DNA of 64,000 nt, taken from contig CAKPSX010000004.1 of the NCBI GenBank assembly GCA_934184665.1, positions 728-64,727 of the forward strand. Reading direction: 5' to 3'. The DNA is from an uncultured Clostridia bacterium (lineage in GTDB: Bacteria; Bacillota; Clostridia; TANB77; CAG-508). Position 1 is the first letter of the stretch. Each line of letters begins with the position of its first letter. The translations under genes and the position numbers were made by a program. The notes beneath the pieces are model-generated. The model made no database searches and was not told the DNA's origin. It saw only the letters and a list, made by a program, of their open reading frames with translations. Shown piece by piece: positions 26,563 through 35,796 of this stretch.

Positions 26563-27576
26563 ATGAGTAAGAAACAACGGGAGAAGAAGTACAACACACT
26601 AATGTTGAGAACCTTGGCAGAGGAACTTAACAAGATTCGTCGCCCTATCGGGGAGGATAAAGCCCTGGTACCGATCAAAGTGGAGGACATTTATCTTCTT
26701 GAAAAGGCAATCTATATGATGCCCAAAAAGGAGCGAGAAGCACTGGAAAAAATGTACGGACTCATCGAGGGAACTATTCCCAAGGGAAAGTTATGGAGAA
26801 AGGGGCACAACAATGAAAAAGACATTGCCCTGAGAAATCAGGCAGTCAAGACATATGATGCAATGAGAAGTCTCTTGAGCTTAGACATGCTCTATGTCTA
26901 TGACAAGTGCTTCCAAGCACTGGTTGCAAGCATTGTGACCAAAATGGACAAGCCAGATAACATGTCTGACATGGAGGCCATAAAGTACCTCTTGTTGTTC
27001 TTCGTTTTCATGATGGGAGGTCCCAACATGATTTATGAGGAAGAGGCTCGTTCTACTGGTTGGAATGAGGAGAACATCGGCAACTACGACCTGTATACAC
27101 TGCTTCAGGCTACATGGGAGAGCTCAATTAGCTTGATGCCTGAGAAGAACATCAACATGAACCTCTTAAAAGAGGTAATCGGGATGTTTGACATCTCTGA
27201 TATCGTTTCTATGAAGCGATATGTTGGCTTACCTATTGGCAAGCAGAATATCAGTGTATCATGGATTGAGCTGCAAACATTTGCACAGATTCGAAAGTTC
27301 AAGGAAAAACTCTTCTCTCAGGGAGAGTGGGTGACAACTGAAAAGTTGATCTACACTCAACGCACTACTAAGATGAACCTTACACCATTCTCTGATGCGA
27401 TGAAGTATCTGAGAAACAGTGATACTGAAAAGTATCGAGAGGAAGAAAGAACTACGGAGATCGAACTGACTACCGGCAAAAAAGAGCTGGTATTCTATAA
27501 AATCGGTGCCTTGAAGTTCACTGACCCATATGAAATGCTTTCTCTGTACCTTTGCAGAAGAGCACTGAAAGCCTAA
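26563..27576 (+). CDS. Hypothetical protein, 337 aa, compositionally foreign
   Basis: Long ORF with an AAAGGAAG RBS. GC is about 40-50% per line against about 25% in neighbouring genes. Codon preference is AAG/GAG/CTG/ATC/TTC/AAC. The only weak similarity I see is a sigma-70 region-4/YlxM-like stretch, MPKKEREALEKMYGL...RNQAVKTYDAMRSL. Confidence 0.6.
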   Translation: MSKKQREKKYNTLMLRTLAEELNKIRRPIGEDKALVPIKVEDIYLLEKAIYMMPKKEREALEKMYGLIEGTIPKGKLWRKGHNNEKDIALRNQAVKTYDAMRSLLSLDMLYVYDKCFQALVASIVTKMDKPDNMSDMEAIKYLLLFFVFMMGGPNMIYEEEARSTGWNEENIGNYDLYTLLQATWESSISLMPEKNINMNLLKEVIGMFDISDIVSMKRYVGLPIGKQNISVSWIELQTFAQIRKFKEKLFSQGEWVTTEKLIYTQRTTKMNLTPFSDAMKYLRNSDTEKYREEERTTEIELTTGKKELVFYKIGALKFTDPYEMLSLYLCRRALKA

Positions 27577-27584
27577 CTCATTTA

Positions 27585-27613
27585 CCCCAGCAAGTAATTC
27601 TTGCTGGGGTTTT
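27585..27613 (+). terminator. GC-rich Rho-independent terminator
   Basis: ccccagcaag-taatt-cttgctgggg followed by tttt. Confidence 0.8.
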
Positions 27614-27758
27614 CAAAATATTCATATGCTGACTTTTTAAAAATGAAAAAATATCAAAAACTTTAACAATTTATTTTTTTGTGTTATAATACAAATGATT
27701 AAAAAACAAAAAAATGTAAACACTAAGAAAAAAGATTGTGAAAGGAATGTGATTTAAG

Positions 27759-29996
27759 ATGGATTTTGAACAATGGAAAGGCTTTGAAAAAGGCGAGTGG
27801 AAAAGACAAATAGATGTAAGAAACTTTATACAAAAAAATTATACACCATATGAAGGTGATTCAAGTTTCTTAGCAGGAACAACAGAAAAAACAAAAAAAT
27901 TATGGGATGAAGTTTTAGAATTATATAAAAAAGAACATGATTCACAAGGCGGAGTATTAGATATTGATACAAAAACTGTATCAACAGTATCAGCACACGA
28001 AGCAGGATATATAGACAAAGATTTAGAAGAAATAGTTGGGTTACAAACAGATGCACCATTAAAAAGAGCAATTATGCCATTTGGTGGAATTAGAATTGTG
28101 GAAAAATCATGTGAGGCATATGGAAGAGAAGTAGACCCAGAAACAGATAGAATATTCCATACAATTAGAAAAACTCATAATGATGGAGTATTTGATGTAT
28201 ATACACCAGATATAAGAGCAGCAAGAAGTTCACACTTAATTACAGGACTTCCAGATGGATATGGAAGAGGAAGAATTATAGGTGACTACAGAAGAGTTGC
28301 ACTATATGGTGTTGACAGCTTAATTGCAGAGAAGAAAGAAGAATTGGAAATATTAGATGTTGATGATTTTTCAGAAAAAGTTATTAGAGAAAGAGAAGAA
28401 ATTGCGGAACAAATAAAAGCACTTAATGAACTAAAAGCAATGGCATCAAAATATGGATATGATATTTCAAGACCTGCAGGAAATGCAAAAGAGGCAATTC
28501 AATGGTTATACTTCGGATATTTAGGTGCTGTAAAAGATCAAAATGGTGCTGCAATGAGTATAGGTAGAACATCAACATTTTTAGATATATATATTGAAAG
28601 AGATTTTAAAAATGGAACATTAACAGAAGAACAAGCACAAGAATTGATGGACCATTTTGTAATGAAATTGAGACTAGTAAGATTTTTAAGAACACCAGAA
28701 TATAATGAATTATTTAGTGGAGACCCAGTATGGGTAACAGAAAGCATTGGTGGAATGGGAATAGATGGCAGAACATTAGTTACTAAAAATTCATTTAGAG
28801 TATTACACACATTAGAAAACTTAGGACCAGCTCCAGAACCAAACTTAACAGTATTGTGGTCAACAAGACTACCAGAAGGTTTCAAAAAATATACTGCAAA
28901 ATTATCAATAAAAACATCTTCAATTCAATATGAAAATGATGATGTTATGAGAGCAACATTAGGAGATGACTATGGAATAGCATGTTGTGTATCACCTATG
29001 AAAATAGGAAAACAAATGCAATTCTTTGGAGCTAGAGCAAACTTAGCAAAAACATTATTATATGCAATAAATGGTGGTAGAGATGAAAAAACAGGAAAAC
29101 AAGTTACTCCAAGATTTGAACCAATCACATCAGAATACTTAAATTATGATGAAGTAATTTATAAATTTGACCAAATGATGGATTATGTTGCAAAAATATA
29201 TATAAAAGCATTAAATGCAATACATTATATGCATGATAAATATTCTTATGAAGCAATAGAAATGGCTTTACATGATAAAGACATAATAAGAACAATGGCA
29301 TGTGGTGTTGCAGGATTATCAGTAGTTGCAGACTCACTTTCTGCAATAAAATATGCAAAAGTAAAAGTAATCAGAGATGAAACAGGTCTAGCAGTTGATT
29401 ATCAGGTAGAAGGAGAATATCCTCAATTCGGAAATAATGATGACAGAGTTGACCAAATAGCAGTTGATGTTGTAAGAAAATTCTTAAATAAACTAAAAAA
29501 ACATCCAACATACAGAAATTCAAAACACACATTATCAATTTTAACAATAACATCAAATGTTGTATATGGAAAAGCAACAGGAAATACACCAGACGGAAGA
29601 AGAGCAGGAGCACCATTTGGACCAGGTGCAAACCCATTACATGGTAGAGATGTTAATGGAGCATTAGCAGTAATGAACTCAATTGCAAAATTACCATTTG
29701 AAGATTCAGAAGACGGAATATCATTTACATTTGCAATTACACCAGCAACATTAGGACAAGATGAACAAACAAAAGTAAGTAACTTGGTAAGCATGTTAGA
29801 TGGATATTTTGCACAAACTGGACATCATATAAATGTAAATGTATTTGATAGAGCATTATTAGAAGATGCTATGGAACATCCAGAAAAATACCCCCAACTA
29901 ACAATAAGGGTTTCAGGATATGCTGTACATTTCACAAAACTAACAAGAGAACAACAATTGGATGTTATAAATAGAACAATCCATGAGAGAATTTAA
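27759..29996 (+). CDS. pflB: Pyruvate formate-lyase (formate C-acetyltransferase)
   Basis: Active-site IACCVSPM and the C-terminal glycyl-radical motif [11 protein letters not shown]. Size is 745 aa. Confidence 0.95.
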   Translation: MDFEQWKGFEKGEWKRQIDVRNFIQKNYTPYEGDSSFLAGTTEKTKKLWDEVLELYKKEHDSQGGVLDIDTKTVSTVSAHEAGYIDKDLEEIVGLQTDAPLKRAIMPFGGIRIVEKSCEAYGREVDPETDRIFHTIRKTHNDGVFDVYTPDIRAARSSHLITGLPDGYGRGRIIGDYRRVALYGVDSLIAEKKEELEILDVDDFSEKVIREREEIAEQIKALNELKAMASKYGYDISRPAGNAKEAIQWLYFGYLGAVKDQNGAAMSIGRTSTFLDIYIERDFKNGTLTEEQAQELMDHFVMKLRLVRFLRTPEYNELFSGDPVWVTESIGGMGIDGRTLVTKNSFRVLHTLENLGPAPEPNLTVLWSTRLPEGFKKYTAKLSIKTSSIQYENDDVMRATLGDDYGIACCVSPMKIGKQMQFFGARANLAKTLLYAINGGRDEKTGKQVTPRFEPITSEYLNYDEVIYKFDQMMDYVAKIYIKALNAIHYMHDKYSYEAIEMALHDKDIIRTMACGVAGLSVVADSLSAIKYAKVKVIRDETGLAVDYQVEGEYPQFGNNDDRVDQIAVDVVRKFLNKLKKHPTYRNSKHTLSILTITSNVVYGKATGNTPDGRRAGAPFGPGANPLHGRDVNGALAVMNSIAKLPFEDSEDGISFTFAITPATLGQDEQTKVSNLVSMLDGYFAQTGHHINVNVFDRALLEDAMEHPEKYPQLTIRVSGYAVHFTKLTREQQLDVINRTIHERI

Positions 29997-29999
29997 GGA

Positions 30000-30740
30000 A
30001 TGATGTTAAATATGGAAAAAGATTTAAGATATTATGCAAAAGTTCATTCAATAGAAAGTTTTGGAACAGTTGACGGACCAGGAATAAGGTTTGTATTGTT
30101 TTTACAAGGTTGTCATCTTGAATGTAAATATTGCCATAATCGAGATACATGGGATATAAATGGTGGAGAATATAAATCAGTTGATGATATTATAGAAAAA
30201 ATAAAAGACTATAAAAACTATATAATTCCATCAGGTGGAGGAGTCACAGTTACAGGTGGAGAGCCATTATTACAGGTAAAATTTCTTATAGAATTATTTA
30301 AAAGATTAAAAGAAGAAAAAATCAATACATGTATTGATACATCTGGAATGGTGGCACTTACTCCTGATGTGAAAGAAGTACTAACGTTAACAGATTTGGT
30401 TTTATTAGATATAAAGCATATAGATAACGAAAAAGCAAAACAATTAGTAGGCAGGTCTAATAAACTGGAACTTGAATTTGCAAAATATTTAAGTGAAAAT
30501 AATATAAAAATGTGGATAAGACAAGTTTTGGTTCCTGGATATACAGATGATGAGGAAGATTTGATTAGACTACGAGAATTTTTGAAAACATTAAAAACAG
30601 TAGAAAAAGTGCAAATATTACCTTATCATAGTATGGGAAAATATAAATGGAAAAAACTTGGACTTGAATATCCACTAGAAAATGTTCGAGAAGCTACAGC
30701 TGAAGATGTAGAACGAGCAAAAAAGATATTAGGAATTTAA
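30000..30740 (+). CDS. pflA: Pyruvate formate-lyase activating enzyme (radical SAM)
   Basis: GCHLECKYCHN (CxxxCxxC) and GGGVTVTGGEPLLQ. It lies immediately downstream of pflB. The start could instead be the ATG at 30012. Confidence 0.9.
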   Translation: MMLNMEKDLRYYAKVHSIESFGTVDGPGIRFVLFLQGCHLECKYCHNRDTWDINGGEYKSVDDIIEKIKDYKNYIIPSGGGVTVTGGEPLLQVKFLIELFKRLKEEKINTCIDTSGMVALTPDVKEVLTLTDLVLLDIKHIDNEKAKQLVGRSNKLELEFAKYLSENNIKMWIRQVLVPGYTDDEEDLIRLREFLKTLKTVEKVQILPYHSMGKYKWKKLGLEYPLENVREATAEDVERAKKILGI

Positions 30741-30802
30741 AAGCAGCACCACTCAACCAGCACTGCCAAAACAAGTCAACATAAAAGCGAAAATAAAAAC
30801 AT

Positions 30803-30831
30803 TTGACATATCTTCGCAATTGCGTTAATAT
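30803..30831 (+). promoter_or_regulatory. Orphan near-consensus promoter
   Basis: TTGACA, a 17-nt spacer, then TAATAT. No ORF with an RBS follows it. Confidence 0.5.
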
Positions 30832-30882
30832 AAATATATAAAAAGAATAAGAGCTTGTGCCTTATTCATGTATGTGGTTTTG

Positions 30883-30925
30883 AGATTTATCCTCTTTCGG
30901 ATAAATCTTTATTTTTCTTTTTTTA
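30883..30925 (+). terminator. Rho-independent terminator
   Basis: agatttatcc-tctttc-ggataaatct followed by ttatttttcttttttt. Confidence 0.75.
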
Positions 30926-31105
30926 GAACTGTATTTAAATATGTATTTATTTCTTGAACAAATATATATCAAAAATTTTTAAAACTTCAATTAACTTATG
31001 GTCCATTTTCAAGAAAATTTAAAAAAATGCTACTCTTTTTAAAGAAAGTATGATAAAATGTTCACAAATATTAAAAAATGAAAAATTTGAAAGGAATGTG
31101 AAAAT

Positions 31106-31654
31106 ATGGATTACACAAATTTAAAAGAAAAAATGCAAAAATCAATAAATGCTTATAGTGAGAAACTATCAGAAATAAGAGCAGGGAGAGCTAACCCAGC
31201 TATATTAAACAAGGTAAAAGTAGATTATTATGGAACACCAACACCAATAAACCAAGTAGCAGGAGTATCTGTCCCAGAAGCAAGATTAATAGTAATACAA
31301 CCATGGGATGTTAGTATATTAAAAGATATAGAAAAAGCTATATTAGCATCTGATATTGGAATTAATCCAAATAATGATGGAAAGGTTATAAGACTAGCTT
31401 TCCCTGAATTAAATGAAGAGAGAAGAAAAGAAATAGTAAAAGAAATTAAGAAAATTGCAGAAGAAGCTAAAGTTGCTATAAGATCAATCAGAAGAGATGG
31501 AATTGATGAAGCAAAAGCAAAACAAAAAAATAGTGAAATAACAGAAGATGAATTAAAATCAGCAGAAGCAGAAATTCAAAAAATAACAGACAAAAATATA
31601 GAAGAAATAGATAAAATATTATCAAACAAAGAAAATGAAATAATGAGTGTATAA
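31106..31654 (+). CDS. frr: Ribosome recycling factor
   Basis: 182 aa. RAGRANPAILNKVKVDYYG and IRSIRRDG are typical RRF motifs. Confidence 0.95.
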   Translation: MDYTNLKEKMQKSINAYSEKLSEIRAGRANPAILNKVKVDYYGTPTPINQVAGVSVPEARLIVIQPWDVSILKDIEKAILASDIGINPNNDGKVIRLAFPELNEERRKEIVKEIKKIAEEAKVAIRSIRRDGIDEAKAKQKNSEITEDELKSAEAEIQKITDKNIEEIDKILSNKENEIMSV

Positions 31655-31666
31655 AAGAGGGATGAA

Positions 31667-32380
31667 ATGAAGTTTAATGAAGAAAATATGCCACAACATA
31701 TAGCTATAATAATGGATGGAAATAGAAGATGGGCAAGAGCAAAAGGAAAACCAGCAGCATTTGGACATAAAGAAGGAGCAAAAACATTAGAAAAAATAGT
31801 AAGATATGCAAACAAAATTGGACTAAAATATATAACTGTATATGCATTTTCTACAGAGAACTGGAAAAGAGCAGAAGAAGAAGTAAATGCTTTAATGGTA
31901 CTATTACAAAGCTATCTGGATGATTATAGCAAAAGAGCAGACTCAGAGAATATTAAAGTAAAAATCTTAGGAGACATTACAGCATTATCACCAAAAATGC
32001 AAAAAAGTATAAAAGAATGTATGGAAAAAACAAAAGAAAATACAGGTGTTACATTTAATATTGCATTAAATTATGGTGGTAGAGATGAAATTGTCAAAGC
32101 AGTAAAAGCAATAGCAGAAAAGGTAAAAAATGATGAAATAGAATTAGAAAATATAAATGAAGAATTAATAACAAACAATTTATATACTAAAGGTCAGCCT
32201 GATCCAGATTTAGTAATAAGAACAAGTGGAGAGATACGTTTGAGCAATTTCTTGCCATGGCAAGTGGTATATTCAGAATTCATTTTTATAGAAAAAAATT
32301 GGCCAGATTTTAATGAAGAAGACTTAGATAATGCTATTATAGAATATCAAAGGAGGCATAGAAAGTTTGGCGCTAATTAA
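31667..32380 (+). CDS. uppS: Undecaprenyl diphosphate synthase (isoprenyl transferase)
   Basis: HIAIIMDGNRRWA, AFSTENWKR and IRTSGE.RLSNFL.WQ motifs. Confidence 0.95.
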   Translation: MKFNEENMPQHIAIIMDGNRRWARAKGKPAAFGHKEGAKTLEKIVRYANKIGLKYITVYAFSTENWKRAEEEVNALMVLLQSYLDDYSKRADSENIKVKILGDITALSPKMQKSIKECMEKTKENTGVTFNIALNYGGRDEIVKAVKAIAEKVKNDEIELENINEELITNNLYTKGQPDPDLVIRTSGEIRLSNFLPWQVVYSEFIFIEKNWPDFNEEDLDNAIIEYQRRHRKFGAN

Positions 32381-32406
32381 GCAAAGGAAGAAAGGAATGA
32401 AAAGAC

Positions 32407-33228
32407 ATGGACATAAAAAGAGTAGCCTCAGCACTATTAGGCTTTCCATTAGTAGTACTCATATTAACATTTGGTAACAAATATGTTGTAGACATATTTT
32501 TAATGGGAATAGCAATACTCGCAATGCAAGAATATTTTAATGCTGTTCAAAAAGAATGTAAGCCTGTAAGATGGCTAGGTTATTTATCATGTGTATTTAT
32601 AGGTTTGATACATATAGTACCAGAAAACATACCAAGTGAAGCAACAAAATACATATTATTGTTATTAATTCCAACACTCATGTTACTGGCGTTTTCGCAA
32701 GTAATAATTACAAATATGAAAACAAACTTTAAGGATATTGCATATACGGTATTTGGAATATTATATATTGTAACATGTATATCATTTATAGCATTAATTA
32801 GAGGAATGGATAAAGGAGTAACAATTGTATGGTATGCAATAATAGCAGCATGGGGAACAGACACATTTGCATATTTAATAGGAAAAAAATTCGGAAAACA
32901 TAAGTTAAGTCAAGTAAGCCCAAAGAAATCAGTAGAAGGCTGTATTGCAGGAACAGTAGGAGCAGTTTTAACAGCAATAATATATACACTAGCGATAAAT
33001 AACATATATAATTTAGGAATTTCATATTTATATATAATAGTAGTAACAATAATACTAAGTTTGATTGGCCAAATAGGAGATTTTGCAGCATCAAGTATAA
33101 AAAGATATGTAAATGTGAAAGATTATAGTAATTTAATACCAGGACATGGTGGAATGTTAGACAGAATAGATAGTTTAATGTTTTTAGCACCATTTGCCTA
33201 TATATTTTATACAATAGGAATTTTTTAA
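32407..33228 (+). CDS. cdsA: Phosphatidate cytidylyltransferase
   Basis: Polytopic membrane protein with SSIKRYVNVKDYSNLIPGHGGMLDRIDS, the CDS signature. Confidence 0.9.
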   Translation: MDIKRVASALLGFPLVVLILTFGNKYVVDIFLMGIAILAMQEYFNAVQKECKPVRWLGYLSCVFIGLIHIVPENIPSEATKYILLLLIPTLMLLAFSQVIITNMKTNFKDIAYTVFGILYIVTCISFIALIRGMDKGVTIVWYAIIAAWGTDTFAYLIGKKFGKHKLSQVSPKKSVEGCIAGTVGAVLTAIIYTLAINNIYNLGISYLYIIVVTIILSLIGQIGDFAASSIKRYVNVKDYSNLIPGHGGMLDRIDSLMFLAPFAYIFYTIGIF

Positions 33229-33269
33229 TTTCACATTATACAAATAGATGTATTATAAGGGAGGAAGAA

Positions 33270-34040
33270 TTGATTAACTTTATAATAAACACAATAAAAA
33301 TATTATTTTTATTAGGATTTTTAGTGTTGATACATGAAGGCGGACACTTTATTATTGCAAAATTATGCAAAGTAAAAGTAAATGAATTTTCAATTGGATT
33401 CGGGAAAAAACTTTTACAGAGACAGGGTAAAGAAACGAAATATACACTTAGATTAATACCATTAGGTGGGTATGTTAGTATGGAAGGAGAGGATGAGGCT
33501 TCAGATAAAGAAGGCTCATTTTCAAAAGCAAGTCTTGGAAAAAGATTCGCCATAGTACTTGCAGGAGCAACCGTAAATATACTATTTGGACTAATTGTAT
33601 ATTTTATAATAATAACAACAATTGGGATTCAATTCTCAGATCCATCAAAAGATACTATATTAAACAGAATGTATTACGGTGCACAAGCAACAGGTACATT
33701 TATAGTGACAATAGCAGATAGCTTAAAAATGTTGTTCACAGGAGGAGTTGCAATAAATCAGATGGTAGGTATAGTTGGAATATCTGAAATCGTAGTAAAA
33801 ACAAGTGGAATAATAAATTATATATATTTGATGGCAGTTATATCAGTTTCACTTGGAGTCACAAACTTATTACCAATACCAGCATTAGATGGAGGAAAAA
33901 TAGTAATATTATTAATAGAAGCAATTAGAAAAAAACCTATGGCAATTGAGACAGAAGCAAAAATTCAATTAATAGGATTTTCTATATTAATCGGGCTAAC
34001 AATGCTTGTAACATATAATGACATTGTAAGAATTTTTTAG
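33270..34040 (+). CDS. M50-family site-2 (RIP) metalloprotease, RseP/RasP-like but short (256 aa, no evident PDZ)
   Basis: HEGGHFIIAK (HExxH) and NLLPIPALDGGK motifs. The segment between them is too short to hold a PDZ domain. Confidence 0.8.
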   Translation: MINFIINTIKILFLLGFLVLIHEGGHFIIAKLCKVKVNEFSIGFGKKLLQRQGKETKYTLRLIPLGGYVSMEGEDEASDKEGSFSKASLGKRFAIVLAGATVNILFGLIVYFIIITTIGIQFSDPSKDTILNRMYYGAQATGTFIVTIADSLKMLFTGGVAINQMVGIVGISEIVVKTSGIINYIYLMAVISVSLGVTNLLPIPALDGGKIVILLIEAIRKKPMAIETEAKIQLIGFSILIGLTMLVTYNDIVRIF

Positions 34041-34109
34041 TCGAAAAATTGAAAAAAGTTGGGTAATATGGTATTATTATATAGAGTTATAAGGAAAAGG
34101 AGCAATAAA

Positions 34110-34751
34110 TTGGAAGAAATAATATATACAATAATAAAAGCAATAGCATTTATTATACCAGGAAGTATAGTGACAAATATTACCAGAAGAGTAATACCAA
34201 AGAGCGAAAAAGAATATAACGAAAAGATATTAGAATATTTTATATACAGCTTTTTGAATTTTTTCATATGGTCGATATTAATATTTAATATATATTCGAA
34301 TATAGAAGTGTGGAAGCAACACTATATAGTATTGTGGATATTATGTTTTATAATTATATTTTTAAGCCCAACAATTATTGCAATTATAGTGATATTGATT
34401 TCTCAAAAAGATGTAATAAAAAAAATATGTATTCATTTTAATTTACCTTCAGTTGATGTTGAACCATCTGCATGGGATTTTAAATTTAAAGATATATCAT
34501 CAGAATGGGTTATAGTCACATTAAAAAATGGAAAGATTGTACCAGGATATTTAGGAACATTATCATATATATCGCAAAATGAAAAAGAAAGGGATATATA
34601 TATAAGCGAAGTATTTGAAATAGATAAAAATAAAAAATGGATAAAAAAGAAAAATACAGACGGAATATTGATAAAAGCAGATGAAATTAAATGTATTGAA
34701 TTTTTTAAGGAGGGAAGTAAGGAGATTAAAAATGAAGAAAGAGAGTTATGA
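34110..34751 (+). CDS. Hypothetical membrane protein (3-4 TM N-terminus plus soluble C-terminus)
   Basis: AAGGAG lies 8 nt before the TTG at 34110; the listed ORF starts at 34059. Hydrophobic helices are followed by PSAWDFKF...GYLG. It possibly resembles the DUF6338 family, from memory only. Confidence 0.45.
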   Translation: MEEIIYTIIKAIAFIIPGSIVTNITRRVIPKSEKEYNEKILEYFIYSFLNFFIWSILIFNIYSNIEVWKQHYIVLWILCFIIIFLSPTIIAIIVILISQKDVIKKICIHFNLPSVDVEPSAWDFKFKDISSEWVIVTLKNGKIVPGYLGTLSYISQNEKERDIYISEVFEIDKNKKWIKKKNTDGILIKADEIKCIEFFKEGSKEIKNEEREL

Positions 34752-34902
34752 AGGAAGAAAAAGAAGATTAAGCATACCTAGAAGATCAAGCATAAGAAGA
34801 AGACTAGAAAAAAGGTTACCCCGTGGATATCGACCTAAAGGAAATGAAACTAGTACAGGAATAAACCCACCAAATAATAAAAACATAGAAAAAGGAATGT
34901 AA
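34732..34902 (+). CDS. Small arginine-rich protein (56 aa), start overlaps the upstream gene
   Basis: AAGGAG lies 7 nt before the ATG at 34732 and the CDS overlaps the upstream gene by 20 nt. The sequence is MKKESYEGRKRRLSIPRRSSIRRRLEKRLPRGYRPKG..., and a terminator follows. Confidence 0.35.
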   Translation: MKKESYEGRKRRLSIPRRSSIRRRLEKRLPRGYRPKGNETSTGINPPNNKNIEKGM

Positions 34903-34924
34903 TTAGATATTGTAAACAAAGAAG

Positions 34925-34947
34925 GCCATTCGTCTGAATGGCTTTTT
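34925..34947 (+). terminator. Rho-independent terminator
   Basis: gccattc-gtct-gaatggc followed by ttttt. Confidence 0.7.
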
Positions 34948-35157
34948 GCGAAGCTCAGCATCTAGGTGGGAATAGTATTTAAAATAAATTTTAAAATAGT
35001 CATAAATTTCCTCTTTCATATAATCTTTTTATTTATAATAATTATTTTTTTTTAAAAGTCAAGAAAAAATGATAATAATTTATTCTTAGCTATTATATTT
35101 TAAGGCATTACTTTATTTGATATATTTCATTATGAATAAAAAATACATGAATTCTGA

Positions 35158-35190
35158 CAAAAAAACAAACAGTAAATTGAATTTACTGTT
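35158..35190 (-). terminator. Terminator downstream of tRNA-Pro
   Basis: aacagtaaat-tga-atttactgtt, with a T-run on the minus strand. Confidence 0.7.
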
Positions 35191-35196
35191 TAAATA

Positions 35197-35272
35197 TGGT
35201 CGAGGCGACAGGAATCGAACCTGCGACCTCATGGTCCCAAACCACGCGCGCTACCAACTGCGCTACGCCTCG
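35197..35272 (-). tRNA. tRNA-Pro (anticodon UGG)
   Basis: The reverse complement folds as acceptor CGAGGCG/CGCCTCG, anticodon arm CGTGG-TTTGGGA-CCATG and T-loop TTCGATT, with CCA encoded. Confidence 0.9.
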
Positions 35273-35301
35273 ATAAAAATCATATCCGACCAACGCTATA
35301 T

Positions 35302-35330
35302 ATAATAACACATTTAAAACATAATTTCAA
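35302..35330 (-). promoter_or_regulatory. Promoter of tRNA-Pro
   Basis: On the minus strand: TTGAAA, a 17-nt spacer, then TGtTATTAT. The extended -10 has the same form as at tRNA-Arg(UCU). Confidence 0.5.
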
Positions 35331-35516
35331 GACTTTTTTATAAAAAAGTTGAAATACTATTGCAAAAAATTAAAATTGCAAGTATAATATAACATAGTTG
35401 TTGGATAAAGGCTATACAATTATAAGATTAATTATAATTATATAAATCTATATTATAGATAACAATACATGTACAGATTAGAAAAAATACAATGCCTACA
35501 ACTAAAAATAAAATAT

Positions 35517-35593
35517 GCGCCTGTAGTTTAGCTGGATAGAATGGCAGGCTACGAACTTGCAGACCGGGGGTTCGAGTCCCTCCAGGCGCACCA
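35517..35593 (+). tRNA. tRNA-Arg (anticodon ACG)
   Basis: Acceptor GCGCCTG/CAGGCGC, anticodon arm GCAGG-CTACGAA-CTTGC and T-loop TTCGAGT, with CCA encoded. Confidence 0.9.
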
Positions 35594-35603
35594 AATAATA
35601 AAA

Positions 35604-35642
35604 CTCTGTAACACTGATAAAGCAGTGTTTTGCAGAGTTTTT
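35604..35642 (+). terminator. Terminator after tRNA-Arg(ACG)
   Basis: ctctg..aacactg-N6-cagtgtt..cagag followed by ttttt. Confidence 0.65.
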
Positions 35643-35796
35643 ACTTTTGTAATTAATTTAATAGTCATGCAGTAAGGTTTTTATAATTCAAATTCTCTTA
35701 TATTGAAAAATGGCTTGTTTTATGATATAAAATATAAAAATAAATAGTAATTTAGCGAACAATTATTAGCAAGAAAACTTACGGAAAAGAGGGAGT

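Noticed and set aside
30868-30957. A 29-codon hydrophobic ORF (MYVVLRFILFRINLYFSFF...), considered as a possible type I toxin.
   Set aside because: It has no Shine-Dalgarno sequence and the frame runs through the terminator hairpin and T-run. The hydrophobicity simply reflects T-rich sequence.
35117-35305. 62-aa plus-strand ORF.
   Set aside because: It runs antisense straight through tRNA-Pro (35197-35272) and has no RBS, so it is an artefact.
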